Positions 13,201 to 26,959 are shown, numbered from the stretch's first letter. The stretch: DNA of 64,000 nucleotides from Podarcis muralis (GCF_964188315.1 NC_135666.1:24490001-24554000); one strand, 5' to 3'. Notes: generated from the sequence alone by a model not told the origin. Made by a program: numbers and translations.

Positions 13201-14894
13201 CACACATTTCAACTAACCCCATTCACCTTTAGTTGAATTATGGTGCCACCTTCCCCTCCTATTATGCAGCTCTGTTTTCATCTTTACCTCCATTTCCAGG
13301 CCGACTCTTCCAACCATTTTTGCAACCCCCTTTTGCAACCCGATTTTCGCCTTTATCCCTTCTCCTTCATTTTATTATCTCCGCCTTGTGCACAGACCAC
13401 TCCCATTTCTGTGGCTCCTCCTCTCTTCTGTTCTGCAGTCCCCTTCGCACACACAAACCCATGATGATATCTGTTACTGTATCTTTAAGCTAAATAGACT
13501 CTAACGAGCAAGAGTGTCATTAGCGTGTTCAGTTAGAGAAGGTTAAGTTCAGCTGATGGCTGTATATGGGTGTTTGCTTCTTGAGGAAATATCCATTCTA
13601 AATTACTACATGGAAGGCAGCAGAGGAATAGAAGAGGATGTTTGAGTACAGCAAGAAGGACATGGATAGCTTCTCCTTCATTTCTCCCAGCATTCCCTTC
13701 TTGCTCCCCCCCCCCCCCAGTACTGCAAATAATTACTCTTAGTTTTAAAAAGTTATCCTTGGAATAATTGTGTGGCCTTTCTTGAAATTGCTATTTTCCC
13801 CCCTTGGTAAATGATAAATTATGATTTAATTCTATTCAATGCTTTTCTATAAAAGTTTTTTTGGGGGGTGGAAAAGAAACTATAATTATGCCTCAAATAC
13901 AAAAAGAACAGTTGGGATCCTCTTGTGAGAAGCTTTGTGGGGAAATTATATATGCAAAACTTGCAAAAATATACTCCTGCCTGATGATCAATATAAAAAG
14001 CTGTAATATCAATGTCCTTCACTGCTATTGCGATGCATTTCATTTTCCTTACTGTTTGTTGTACCGATTCCTGAGATAATCTTAAGTGCTTTGAATGCAT
14101 AGAGAGCAGCAGCAATGTATAAATGTATACATGCTAAGTGCTGGGTGAAATTGGTAGCTGAATAGCTTTAGTAGGTTAAAATCTATTAGAATTTTTTTAA
14201 TGGGCATATGGTATTTTATATGACGTTTATAAAACAAACCACGTCTGTACAATCCTGGCCTGGGCTTTCTCCTTTCTCTGTTAATATGTGCTGCTCTCTC
14301 TTTTTTCTTGTCTTAGTAATTATGTCAGCCCCCTGCTGGGCCTTCTGCATTTATAATATACTATTGATGAGCAAGCCCTGAATAGTTTGTAACAGTCTGA
14401 AAAAATTTCACCCACAGCAAATGATCAATGACACTGGGGACAGATACCAAATGTAATCATGTTAGCACAAAGCATCACTCACAGTGGGAAGAATTGAAGT
14501 AGCCAACAGGAAAAAAAAAAATGCCAGCCATGCACAGGTGCTGTGATTCAGTGCATATGATAAAAATCAAAACTTATGAATCTTGGACCATGTCTGTGGC
14601 ACACTCTCAAGAAGGATTATTATTATGATTAAATAGCTAGTCATGCAAATATTTTACCAGCTTTTAAATTATTGTGGTAGACATCAAAGTTAAAATTGGG
14701 AAGAGTTCTAAAAATACTTAACATATAAGTGCTGTCATGCTATGTTTTTAAGAGCGCCATTGACACACTACTTTCAAAATAGAGAACTTTTGAGTGTGGA
14801 TGTGAATCAGGAGGTGAATAAAGTGTTGCATTGAAACAAAAAAAAATTGTAAAGGCAGGTATCTCTCTCCCTCTCCCTCTTTTTCTCTTGATGC

Positions 14895-14953
14895 TATATT
14901 GTTTCTTTGAAGGTTATATTGTTTCTTTGAAGGTTATATTGTTTCTATGAATG
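14895..14953. repeat. 20-bp tandem repeat, about 3 units (TATATTGTTTCTTTGAAGGT)
   Basis: Two exact units and one diverged unit. Confidence 0.85.
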
Positions 14954-16548
14954 TTGCTCCTGTGAATCCAAATGAAAACAAGGACGATCACTTTTAAGTA
15001 TAAAAAGAAATTAAAGGGAGGAAAACAAACAGAAAAAGAAGGCTTTAATATTTTGTTTGTTGATTTGGGTTTCTTTTTATCCTGCATTTCTTTGAATTAG
15101 ATGTACTGTGGACAATAGTTAATTAGCTGTAGCTCTTCCTATCTTAAGGAATAATGAGCAACTGTGTTCTGAAGATGCACAGCCTGTATTAAATGAAGGA
15201 GGAGGCAAAGAAGAGGAGGTGTGAATGTTAAATCACTAATAAAAAGGATGACTGATGAATGAACTCTTTCTCTGAGAGGAGAACTTCTTAAAGGGAAAAT
15301 GCCACATGCAGGAGACTATTCCACCAACAATTCCCTTCTTTAAAAGCCGTAAAGCGTTTAGTAACCAAACTGCCTTTGAATTCAGACGGTAACCTTTTAT
15401 CTAAAGGGATCTTACAGAAGAAAACATCCTTTGTGGGTTGTGCCCTCAGTGATTCCCCTTTCCACTTTTCTATAAAGGCAACTGCCATAGTTTAAAAACT
15501 GTTCAGGAACAGAAAGTGAAGAACTTGGAACTAAGGTCTTGGATCCATGGGATGAACAAAATGTATATTTATTTATTTAGGTACAAGTTCAGAAAGATTT
15601 CTTGGAAGTAGAATTCTACCAAAGAGCAATAAAGCTTAGCAGGATTCCTCAAAATACATTTGATAAGCACTTTCATTTTCAGGTATTTTTGTATCAGGGT
15701 GTTTTGCCAGTTGATTAGATATAGGAACAGCACCATACTGTCAGTAACATGTGTGGCTATGGACAGCTGTTTCTGGGGAAAAGTTGATAAAGCATTTCCT
15801 CAGGCAGTAGCGAGAAGTCGTATCAAATAAGGTGTGCTATCAGTTCAAAAATCTGTGGGGATTTTTACTCAGCCAGGGCTAATCAGAAGATTTGTGTTGA
15901 TTCTGACATAAAACAAGCTTAACAAATTATATTGACTCTTAGAGAATTCTGCCTGTAGGCAGTGAAGCCTTGGCAGGAGGATCCACACACAATTGGAAAG
16001 ATTTGTTGGTGAAGACATTGAGATACAGATAATCCCAGCTGCGACCATAGATTTGTCATAAAGTCATAATATCTGAATCTGGCTTTCTACATTTCTGCGA
16101 ATTTCTGTTTCTTGCTGTAGAGTGAATCACACCCCAAGAATGTGGTAGCAGACACTTGAGACAAAAAGGACTAATGTTTGGGCATCCATGTGTGAGAATA
16201 ATGCAGAGGAGATAGAACAGGAGGGGGCAAAGCGGTGCCCGCCATAGGTTTTGGACTACATTCCAATGGGCAGCAATGAGAGGAATTGTAGTCCACCGCA
16301 CCTGGAGGGCACCATGTTAGCTATTCCTGGGATAGAAGGTAAGGACACTGTCATAACCACCAAACAGAAAAATATAGCTGTGATTTTATTTTTTAATAAG
16401 CTGTAAATTTATTATTTAATATACTGAAGGCCTATGCTTCTTGAAACTGCTCGAGTTGATGAGTTGAACAAAGACAATGAACTTGGCTTAGTGTTACGTG
16501 TCAACCTGACCATTATTGCATTGCTTTAAAAAAACCAAAACATTTCTA

Positions 16549-16905
<357 letters not shown>

Positions 16906-16929
16906 TCATCATCTGCAAGGTACCGCCAC

Positions 16930-17020
16930 AAACATCCCTGACCACTGGCCATAGTGGCTGGAAGTGTTTGGAGTTGCAGCCCAACAACAACTGGAGGGTG
17001 CCATGTTGGCAACCCCTGAC
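16930..17020. mobile_element. Degenerate small MITE of a common lizard family (related fragments near 16245-16330 and 34555-34690)
   Basis: Shared GGAGTTGTAGTCC..CATCTGGAGGG..GTTG-like motifs among the three loci. Confidence 0.45.
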
Positions 17021-19339
17021 TTACAGCAGAGAATAAAGACTGAAAGGGAATGTGCAAGTGAGTCATGCAACCACTGTCCTTGGTTCATGAAAAGAGAAAA
17101 CTTAAACATCTATGGGTAAATGTGCAAAGGGTCACATTGCACAAGATTCCTGATGCATGGGAAATGATGTAACTCACTCAGGCATCCTCTACTTTCACTG
17201 TTGCATTACATACAACACAACTTTTATAATCAAGTCAAACTTTCAGGAAGGGGTTATGTTGGTCTTGAAGGAAGACTGGAAATCTTTACCTGTGCAGGTG
17301 AGAGTCAGGGTAATGACTGAGAGAGGAGACCCAGGTCAGAGCTGGGAGTAAAGGCTGCCACAAGTGAGAGGTGTTCCTACCATTCAATACATGTAAGCTA
17401 ATTATAGTAAGCTTCTGTGAAATGTCCTTAGGGAACAATGACTTTCTCCCAAGATTTGTACACTACCATTTTGCTTCTGTTTTGGACATTATTCTCTCTG
17501 ATCTGTACTTTTAAGCTGTTACATTAGGTTAGCATATTTGTATTGTTTTATATGTTGTTTTAGATCATGTATGGATTTATTTACATGCTGATTATTTTGT
17601 TCTTGCTTTTTGAATTGAGATATTATTGTTGTTTGTTTGATACATTGTGAGCCACTTGGGCAAATTTTTGTGGGAAAGTGCATATAAATAAACAGATGGT
17701 GACGATAAATCTGATTCTTCAATGAACAGACAGTTAAGTACAAATTGTCACGTACAGGACCTATTTTCAAAAGTGTTACATCATTCTTGATGCCTTTCCC
17801 AGCTGCTACTTTTTCAGGCTTCAAATCATCCAAGCAGCTAAAATGAGCAAATTTTCTTATTACATGGCAAAGCTACGGCTGGGTTACACAACACCCGCAA
17901 TTTAAGGTGCCACAAAAGTAAAATATATTATGCAGCGCCTGGAGGCAATCTTTTTTTGGTCTGAAAATACACTACTGATTTTGTTAACATTTTCTGTATT
18001 GTGTACATAGGAGATTCACACAAATAGGCAATCCTCACAAAGCCTCCAACTTTGGGGTAAGGTGCTCTGACAGCATGCAACCCAAGGGCTAGATTATATT
18101 TTACTACAACTATAGGACTACAAGGGAACAACCCCATATTAAGGCAAGAATCCAGAATCACATACTACTTAAAAATACAACTTAACAAGTAATAGATAAG
18201 GGCACCTGACCAGATAGATCAGTTAGTTAACGGTGTCAAAGACACCAGAAGACAAAAAGGGACTTATGAATGAATGTGAAATTTACAGACATTGGAAATA
18301 GACTGATGGATCCATCCCTACCTGGCACCGGTGACCACAAACTCAGTAGCTAAGATGCATCATTTTAGAATAAATATTTAACATGGTTATACTCAGCATA
18401 ATATATTTATAGTTATAATATCCAGCAAAAAAGCTAACACTATGTAGTTCAAATATGCAACCAGCAGACTACTCCTATGCACATGCTCAAGTCAACATTA
18501 GTTCAACGGCACATGAATGAACAGAATAATTTAACTGATTCCACTATATGTGTGGATAGAGATATATAAAACACTTCTACTAGTGCAGTCAATTCCAGGG
18601 AGTGAACACAGATTTTTCTGAATACATAGCCTTTGCTCTAGGTCTCTCTTATGTGCAGTTGATTTGGCAGCTATGGGATGATTAACAGCAAACTAAAACA
18701 AACAAGGCCCCAATTAGTACTTAGCTATAGAAACAATACGAATGCCAATGAAAATCAATGTTGGCTTACACAACAAATTTGCCTACAATGACTTCTGAAC
18801 CTTCCTCACTTGGAATGCTAAAAATCCATTCATTATTCATGTCAAGGCCACATTTGGCCTACAACCAGTATCATTAAAGTGGATTGAAGCATTTAACTGA
18901 ATGAGAATTACATCTTCTTGGACTGCAGTCATACATATACTTGACTGGAATAAGTCCCATTGAATTCAGTGGGACTTACCTTTGAGTAGACATGGCGGAT
19001 AGGCTTGAACAGTGGCACACACTCCACAGCATGCATAATTGTCAGCTTGAGGTGCAGCAACCTCAGCTGGTAGAAAGTAAAATGGGTAGAAAGTACTCCA
19101 TGCACAGAGGCTACTCATAAGGCAGCACTTGTTGCTTGCAATACAGTGCCTGCTACTTACTTACTTCTCTCTACACTCTAGTACCTAAACATGTCCTGTG
19201 TGTTTATCAATATATTCCTAAAAATTTGAAGAAGAAAACCTCTTTTCTCCTGAATGGTGAGTGCAAATGTACTCCCAGCTGCAGTATGGCCATCTTTGAG
19301 TTGGAGATTCATTCCCAGTGTCTGCAGTCATGGGATTGC

Positions 19340-19649
19340 TGTCTATCACATGACAGTGTATGTTTTCATTCCACAGTGTGGGACGTGTTCCATGAAGTGG
19401 GACTGTTGTCCTTTGTTCTTTCTCTCTTTGCTGTCTGATGAGAAAGAGGAAGGAGCTAAAGCAGAATGCTCCGAGTGTATTATATGTAAATAAACTTAGA
19501 TTAGCCAAAATGCTGTGCTACTGGGTTCTGTTATACAAACTGCGAATACTTTGCAGATCCCTAAGTGTGCTGATGTCTCCAAGGCATCAGTCGCTGTGAT
19601 GTTCGGGTTGGAGAAAGCTTTTGAACGATCGACCAGGAGGGAGACAACA
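19340..19649 (+). mobile_element. Possible solo-LTR-like remnant
   Basis: TGTAAATAAAC polyA-type signal near 19485 and ..ACAACA end; left boundary and TSD not determined. Confidence 0.3.
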
Positions 19650-21152
19650 TGCCAGTCGGGCATGTGTCTCTGCCAGGGTCCTACATGAGAGTAGAACACT
19701 CCTAACACTTTCTCCTTTTTGCCTCCTCTTCCTCTTCTGTTCTTCCTCCTCCATAAAGCCCATTGAGTGCACTTTTCTCTTTTGCCACCCCACCACCATG
19801 ATTCTAGAGTAGTCAGTGGGGTGGTTTACTAAAAAAAGCTAAACAATTTTATGGGTTTCAGGAATTTTACTTTTTGAAATATGGCAACCCTAGATATAGA
19901 GACAACTTAGACAAATTTGTCAGTGAAGTATGTGAGAATAACAAACTCCAAGGGACAAATTTGGATAGTTCTGCATCATGGAAGTGTGTGGGGGCATATA
20001 TATATGTGAATACAAAGATTCAAAGCACTTAATTGCATCTATTCTTTTAGTTGTCTTTACACATACATGCAGTTTGCCCTTGAAATCTCTTTTCTGTGGG
20101 AAAACATTACAAAACATTATTAATAGGAAGAGTCTGATTAATTAATAAAAGAGCTAGCCATTGATTGGGGAATTAAGCAGAAGCTTTAACTGAAGTGGAA
20201 ATTAATAATGGAAAATTATAATGCAAAATTGATCCATTTAAGTATTTACTGATAATAAAGTGAATTAGACATTTCTAGTATTGAAGCAGTAAGGCCCATA
20301 ATCCTTTAGACACGTTTACAGATATGCTTTATCTGTTGCATAGGGAATAGCACCACTGAAATGAGTTCAGATACCAAAGGCCATTTGGATCAGATACGTA
20401 AATGGCTATTTTGCAAATCTTGTAAACATTTCTGGATCTGGAACTGCTGGAAGAGCCCATTACTATTACGCTGCTTAGCTTCTTCTGTTTCAAAATTTAT
20501 AAATACTTAATAAAACATCAAATGCATGAAAATATTCAAGTATAAATAGGACAACATTCTTAAATTCTGTTTGAAAGGTTCGAAACCATATTTTTCAATA
20601 TAACATATTATGGAGTTTGCTTGGAGAAGAAAAACAGATTCTACTTTCACCACAAGATCATTGTTGTCAGTTCTTTGGGGACTGCGAGTGCTTGAGCTAT
20701 ATGCATGCCATTGCTGTGTGCAAGGACACTATTTTAAAACACTGTGAGCACTGTGCACGTTGACAGTACCAATCACCAGCTGAAGGGAAGCCTTACTGAG
20801 AAGTTCAACTGGAACTTACCATATGGTCTGAGACTGTATGTGTGATCTGACTTTGCTCTGAGCCGTGAGTGTATCACTGTGGTGGACAGGGAAAGCCTAC
20901 TGTGTGAATCACCTTAAATTAATTCCAGAATCCAGTGCCATATCTAAACACAATTAACCCCTTAATTCAGCGAATAATTCCCCATTGGGTATGATTGTGA
21001 GATGGAAAGCACACCCCTCCTTAATTAATTGGGCTACCCACATGGTCAATTCCATTTTAGGACAATCCCAGGAAGCTGATACACACAACTCTTTTCTAAA
21101 CTGCACTGTCTCCATGATGGATCTCAAGACAGCAGGCTTCTTTCTTTCTGTA

Positions 21153-21468
21153 ACAGATAGGTAGCCGTGTTGGTCTGCCATAGTCAAAACAAAAAAATTC
21201 CTTCCAGTAGCACCTTAAAGACCAACTAAGTTTCCTGTAAGACCTATTGCAGTCGTTAAGAGTCGTCAACAGGCTCATCACAGCTATCTGCCAATCACCC
21301 ATTCCCACCACCCTTCTGAGTAATACCCCTCCCCACCTTCTCACTATATAGAAGGATCTGGCAACTTCTGTTTCAGTGTATCTGAAGAAGTGTGCATGCA
21401 CACGAAAGCTGATACCAAGAACTAACTTAGTTGGTCTTTAAGGTGCTACTGGAAGGAATTTTTTTGTT
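21153..21468 (+). mobile_element. Penelope-like element remnant: inverted 3' piece plus pseudo-LTR
   Basis: About 46-bp inverted repeat (21187-21232 vs 21424-21470), 12-bp flanking direct repeat TTTCTTTCTGTA (21141-21152, 21469-21480), hammerhead motif inside. Confidence 0.8.
21378..21415 (+). ncRNA. Minimal type I hammerhead ribozyme motif, predicted inactive (G at cleavage position 17)
   Basis: GTAT-CTGAAGA-A-GTGTGC(AT)GCACAC-GAA-AGCT-G-ATAC: stem I GTAT/ATAC, stem II hairpin, palindromic AGCT stem III. Confidence 0.65.
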
Positions 21469-21525
21469 TTTCTTTCTGTAGTTAGGCTTTAGACCCCTCC
21501 CTTACTTCCACCCTTGCCTCCAAGC

Positions 21526-21705
21526 CAGTGGCGTAGCGTGGGCTGTCAGCACCCGGGGCAAGGCAAGTAATTTGCGCCCCCTAACCCATGGATTTGCGCC
21601 CCCTAACCTGTGGATTTGCGCCCCCTAACCCATGGATTTGCCCTAACCCCAGATGTTGCGCCCGGTGCGGCCGGCCCCCCCTGCACCCCCCACACTATGC
21701 CACTG
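21526..21705 (+). mobile_element. hAT MITE with internal 22-bp CCCTAA-core repeat, copy 1 (180 bp)
   Basis: TIR CAGTGGCGTAGCGTG / CACACTATGCCACTG; 8-bp TSD CTCCAAGC (21518-21525, 21706-21713). Confidence 0.9.
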
Positions 21706-22454
21706 CTCCAAGCTATGTTTATTATTTCATCTGAGGGTTAGTCAAAATCCTAGGCAGAGAGATACCAGCCAGCATCTTTCTAAATAGTTTTTTCCCTGTT
21801 TTTGAATTAACTTAGTACTAGTGGTGCCTTTGCTACGCCAATATTCAGTGCCCCCCTGCCTCATGCTCCATTCTACATCAGAGTTATGGTACCCCTAGTG
21901 GTGTCCCTGAGGCTCCATGCCCAGTGTGACTGAACCCGTTATGCTCCCCTAAATCTGCCTGTTACTAGGGCTCAAGGAACAGAAATATCAAATCAGAATT
22001 AGCTATATTATTACCCATTCCATCACTGCCTGAGCCTATTATTCCTCTCTAGTTAGCTTCTTTGACCCTTATGCTTTTTATTTATTATTACATTTACTTA
22101 TTTAATATATTTATTGAAGTATTTATATACTGCCCGCTCATAAAATGTCAGGACAGCATACAGCAACATAAAATCTGTAAAAGTAGTGAAGAACAATTGT
22201 TAACATGACTGGCTACAATCAGTAAGACAACCGACTATATACCACCTTTCTTTCAGGGAGGTTGAATCACCCAACTGACCAATGTAGAGAAGACTAGGGT
22301 GGAATCTACACACATATAAAAAACGTTCTGCATTTTTAAAAAGACATTGAATTTTCCATAAGGCTCACCATCGCCATCTAGTGTCACATTGTATATTGCA
22401 CTCAAAACATACTTAATATGTTTTATTTGCAGCTGTATTGCTGAGTGCCAAGTT

Positions 22455-22610
22455 ACTGTGGTATAGTGGTTAGAGTGGTGATTATGACCAGGGAGATGCA
22501 GGTTTTAATCCCCACTCTGCCATGATAGTCACAGAGTAACCTACCTCACAGGGTTATTATGAGGATAAAATAAGGAGGGTTTTTATAAGCTACCCTGTGA
22601 TCCTTGGAGG
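22455..22610 (+). mobile_element. CORE-type (MIR/Ther1-related, Squam3-like) SINE fragment
   Basis: tRNA-like head GGTATAGTGGTTAGAG...GGTTTTAATCCCC and CORE-like ACCTACCTCACAGGGTT..TGAGGATAAAA. Confidence 0.6.
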
Positions 22611-24211
22611 CAAGTTTAATGAAGATATTTTTAATTCTGAGACAGTTTTCCAATAGTACTTCACTATTGTTTGTCCAGGTAACAGGATTTGTAATTTGTT
22701 AACATTTCTACTCCATTTGTGTTCCTGTCAACAGACTAAGTTCTCTCTGAAGTTTTTTTTTTTTTAACCCTGTTAGATTTGCTGACATCAAATCCCTGTT
22801 GTAGAAAACTGAGCTGGGAAATGATAGTGTAGCTGTTACCAACGTTTTGGAGAAATGTGTATTACTTTTGATGGAAGCTGAAATTAAAACAAACATTTCA
22901 GTAGCAATTCAATTGTAGCAAAAACCTATGGACTGTATTTTATAACCCTTTTCTTTCTTTACAATAAAAAATCAATAACCTGAAGACAGACTGGACAGAT
23001 TAACATACACTTTCTTTGATTCCCTATCATTAGAGCAAGGAAATGTTTGTCTACAGCAACTGACATACTGGAAGAAAAAACAGTGGAAAAAAGCATCTCT
23101 CCATCTCACTCTTTTCTCTCCACAAACAAGTTAAAAAACATAGGCGCACTGTTTGCCTTTTGTCAGTCATCTGGACTCCCATAAATTATTTATTGTGATT
23201 TCCAAATCCACTTTATATTTCTTTCCAGGAATAAAGAGGTCACGCTGGTTTATGTAGTGAAATTTCTTCATCCTTTGCAATTCTTTGTTTATGCTTCCAC
23301 CCCTCAAATCCCCAAAGAATGCAGAGAATAAAACAAAAGCGACACTTTGCCTCTGACCACTCTACTAAATCTCACCTAGTTGTGACCTTTACACATTATT
23401 GTCCGTTGGAGGCTCTCCAACACTGTAAATAATTCCCAGCTTCAAACTGTTCACATCCTCTCACACATAGCTCAAGCTGTCCGAGGAACGAGAGATGCCA
23501 CAATCGAACATATAATCAGTGTTATTTAACTCCCCCCGCCCAGTGCCCATACATCTGCCAACAGAGGAAGTGAGCTTGGCAGAGGGGAGTCAAGGCGTGA
23601 TAGGACTCGTAGTCCCTGCTCACCCTGCCTTGGTGACTGGACCAGCAGGTGCAGCAGAAGCAGCAACCCATTGGAAGACAGCACAGTGGTAGGGTTGGGA
23701 AGGGAAGGAAAAGGGGTCATCGTTCTGCCACCACTCCAGGGTTTCGGGTACATGGACTTCAGATGGATGCCTTCAACTCAAGAGGCCAGTGCTTAGCCTC
23801 TTCCAACCCCTCAACATGCATGTTGCATGCATATCATGAAGAGGCAGACGGTTGGGTTGGAGTCTGAGTGCAGAGTCCATCTCCATGCTTGGCCTCCTCC
23901 ACCCATTCATGATTGGAGGAGCTCAGCCCTGCACCAACAGACATTGGGGGGGCACCTATGGTAGCTTGTCTTGGGTTAGGGGAGAGGAAAGTCATTCTGG
24001 AACAGGCCATGAAGTGGTCTTTGCCTGCCTGCCTCTCTCTCCTGAAATCTTGATCTTCCAGTTCTAAGTTCTCAGTGCTAGCATTTCTAGTCATTGTAGC
24101 TGCAAACCCAAAGTCAAAGAGAAGTACCCCAAAGAACAGGTGGTTGTTATAAAGGTATAGTGCTTCTGTGATGAATTTGGGACATCCATTGATGTCCCAC
24201 CAATGCTGCTA

Positions 24212-24471
24212 CAGTGGTACCTCTAGATACGAACAGAATCCATTCTGGAGCCCTGTTCGCATCTAAAAGCAAATGCAACTAGCAACGGCATGTCTGCGCA
24301 CACATGCGTCGCTTTTCGCCGCTTCTGTGCATGCGCGTGACGTCATTTTAAGCGTCTGCGCATGCGCAAGTGGCAAAACCCGGAAGTAACGTGCTCCGTT
24401 ACTTCCAGGTTGCTGCGGAGCGCAACTCAAAAGCGCTCAACCCGAAGCGCATTCAACCCGAGGTATGACTG
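24212..24471. mobile_element. Tc1/mariner (Tigger-like) MITE related to the 1885 element
   Basis: Ends CAGTGGTACCTC / CAACCCGAGGTATGACTG with TA flanks; CpG-rich, partly palindromic interior. Confidence 0.8.
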
Positions 24472-25144
24472 TATTTGGATGCTTGTACATTTGAGGGAAA
24501 CATGCTAGCATTTTGTGACTAGTAGGAGACAAACTAAGAATCAGAACAACTAAGGCTGCCTTGTGAGCTTCTGGTGTATTAGTGTGCCAGTCACTCACAA
24601 AGGCACCTTTGCCTCTGGAGAAAGCCAGCATCTGGAAATACCCTATTTATTATAGCAAAGGATGGCCATCAGTTACCAATTTTCAGCTTAACTTGTGGTC
24701 TTCAGGGACTCAAGCGAGAGAGGGACTTAGTACTTCGCATTTTAAATTGCATTATTTAATGCACATCATCTGTCAATATAAATTATATCCCAAACAGGAA
24801 TAAAATACTCCCTCTTGTGGTGTGAGATGAAATATTCCACTAATTTGAGAGCATAATCATTTTCACATGGGAAAGGTATACTACTAATTTCAATCCATCC
24901 TTTTGCTGGATTGCTGCAATCTTAGACATAAGGGCCTGGGCAATGAGACTTACCTAGGAATAAGTCCCATTGAATGTTCACCTAAATCTCTATCTGTATG
25001 TGTGTGCCTGTAGCAAGTTATACACACACAGAATCATCACGCATGACAATCTGCATTAAGAATTCCTGAAGTTGCTGCAGGGAAGTGTCCTCTGTGAACA
25101 CCTTTTGTCATATGGGCAGGCCCTTCAGTTTCACTTGTGAAGTA

Positions 25145-25504
25145 AAAAAGGTAAAGGTACCCCTGCCCGTACGGGCCAGTCTTGACAGACTCTAGGGTTG
25201 TGTGCCCATCTCACTCAAGAGGCCGGGGGCCAGCGCTGTCCGGAGACACTTCCGGGTCACGTGGCCAGCGTAACATCGCTGCTCTGGCGAGCCAGAGCCG
25301 CACACGGAAACGCCGTTTACCTTCCCGCTAGTAAGCGGTCCCTATTTATCTACTTGCACCTGAGGGTGCTTTCGAACTGCTAGGTTGGCAGGCGCTGGGA
25401 CCGAGCAACGGGAGCGCACCCCGCCACAGGGATTCGAACTGCCGACCTTTCGATCAGCAAGCCCTAGGCGCTGAGGCTTTTACCCACAGCGCCACCCGCG
25501 TCCC
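25145..25504 (-). mobile_element. Sauria/Squam1 SINE, full length
   Basis: High similarity to the 464 copy; 14-bp TSD TCACTTGTGAAGTA (25131-25144, 25505-25518). Confidence 0.93.
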
Positions 25505-26911
25505 TCACTTGTGAAGTACACAGTGAGAAAAGAGTCACGGCTCCAATATAGAGCTAGAAATGTTCAACCATGAGTAAATTCAACTGAGTTCAACATGGCT
25601 TACTCCCAGGTACCTGTAGACGAGGTTGCAGTTTTTTTGGGTTTTTAAATAAAATATTTCTGTCCAGCAATTCATTTAAAAAAACAACAACAGAGCAGTA
25701 TACAATGTACATAAAACCATAAGATAAAAAATAAATCAAAAAGTTAAAATCAGAAATCAATTAACTGTGATGGAAAGATATAGCCTTAATTGCCTGCATA
25801 AGGATGGTGGACTAGAAATGCTCTTGGCATTGAAACAGAAGGTGGAGAAGATGTGGGAGGAAGGAGGATTCTTAACCCTTTCCTTGCACACTGTTTCTCC
25901 CCTGCACAATCCCACCCCACCCCGTCCCTTCAGCAAAGCAAGGCTCTGAGGAAAGGCAAGCTGGAGAAGAACTAAAGATCACTTCATAGTCAAGCTCAAC
26001 ATTACAACATTCATACTCCAAAACAAGGAATACTTTGCTGTTTGTGTTCACTTGCCAAGGACCCAGTTTCAAGTTGCGGGATATCTGATAAGCATTGGGT
26101 GAGAGAGGAGAAACCAAATTTGTTATTCTGCTGTCAAACTACAGGTTTAGGTGGTTTGATTTATTGAACGGTCACTTTTCTTTTTACGAAGGGGCTGCTA
26201 ATTAGAGAACGCCATCACCACAAGTCTTTCTTTGTGAAATCTGAACATGACAAGGATACCAAACATCACTGCTTTCCTTAGATTATTTGTGCATACTAGA
26301 TTATACATAGTGCTGCTTTCTCCCAAAATAGAATACCCTGTCAGAGCTAAGATGAGTTATTGCCAATAATTCTGTTATAAAGTGCCAGCGAACTCTCTAT
26401 ATTGACTTGTTATCAGCCTAGTGAATGACAATGTGCCAAGGGATGCGCATCCTCATTCATAACTCAAAGGAAGGTTAACTCTTCTGACCTTCCCGTCTTT
26501 TTTCATTTTTATTCTTGTCAAGAGCAGCCCAAAGAGGATCATTTGATTTCCTTTAAAAATCATTCTTCTTGCTGAAACCATCTGGGATTTTTAAAAATCC
26601 CTTTTGGGATTCTTTTGCAAGTGCAAAAGAAGAAAATCCAGGTAGTCCACACCTGCTTCTAACTAGTTAATGCTAACAAGGAAACGTCTAGCCATCCTGA
26701 GCTGCCCCAAAGTCTGTTGTTCACTTAAAACCCTCATCTCTGACCCCCACCTCTGGAACCTGCTCCAAGAAGCTGTATGTGGATCGTCTGCTTTTCCTTG
26801 GGCAAACCAACCAGATGGGCAGGGTATAAATAATAAAATTATTAGTAGTATTATTTATTCCAACTTTTATTGAGATTCCAGTAAAAGCCCCTTAAACCTC
26901 CTTCCCAAGTG

Positions 26912-26915
<4 letters not shown>

Positions 26916-26954
<39 letters not shown>
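26916..26954. repeat. (CT)n microsatellite
   Basis: Visible repeat; explains the ERERER ORFs. Confidence 0.95.

Positions 26955-26959
<5 letters not shown>

Noticed and set aside
12984-13205. ORF with poly-Lys/poly-Arg (protamine-like)
   Set aside because: It is a translation of the (TTC)n(CTC)n microsatellite.
18948-18990. Palindrome TAAGTCCCATTGAATTCAGTGGGACTTA as a possible pre-miRNA
   Set aside because: Related degenerate motifs recur (near 24950, 25570, 53570, 53940), consistent with an old palindromic MITE family.
21570-21650. Regular 22-bp repeats resembling a CRISPR array or an interstitial telomere
   Set aside because: No unique spacers, eukaryotic context, enclosed by TIRs and an 8-bp TSD; hexamers are not in tandem.
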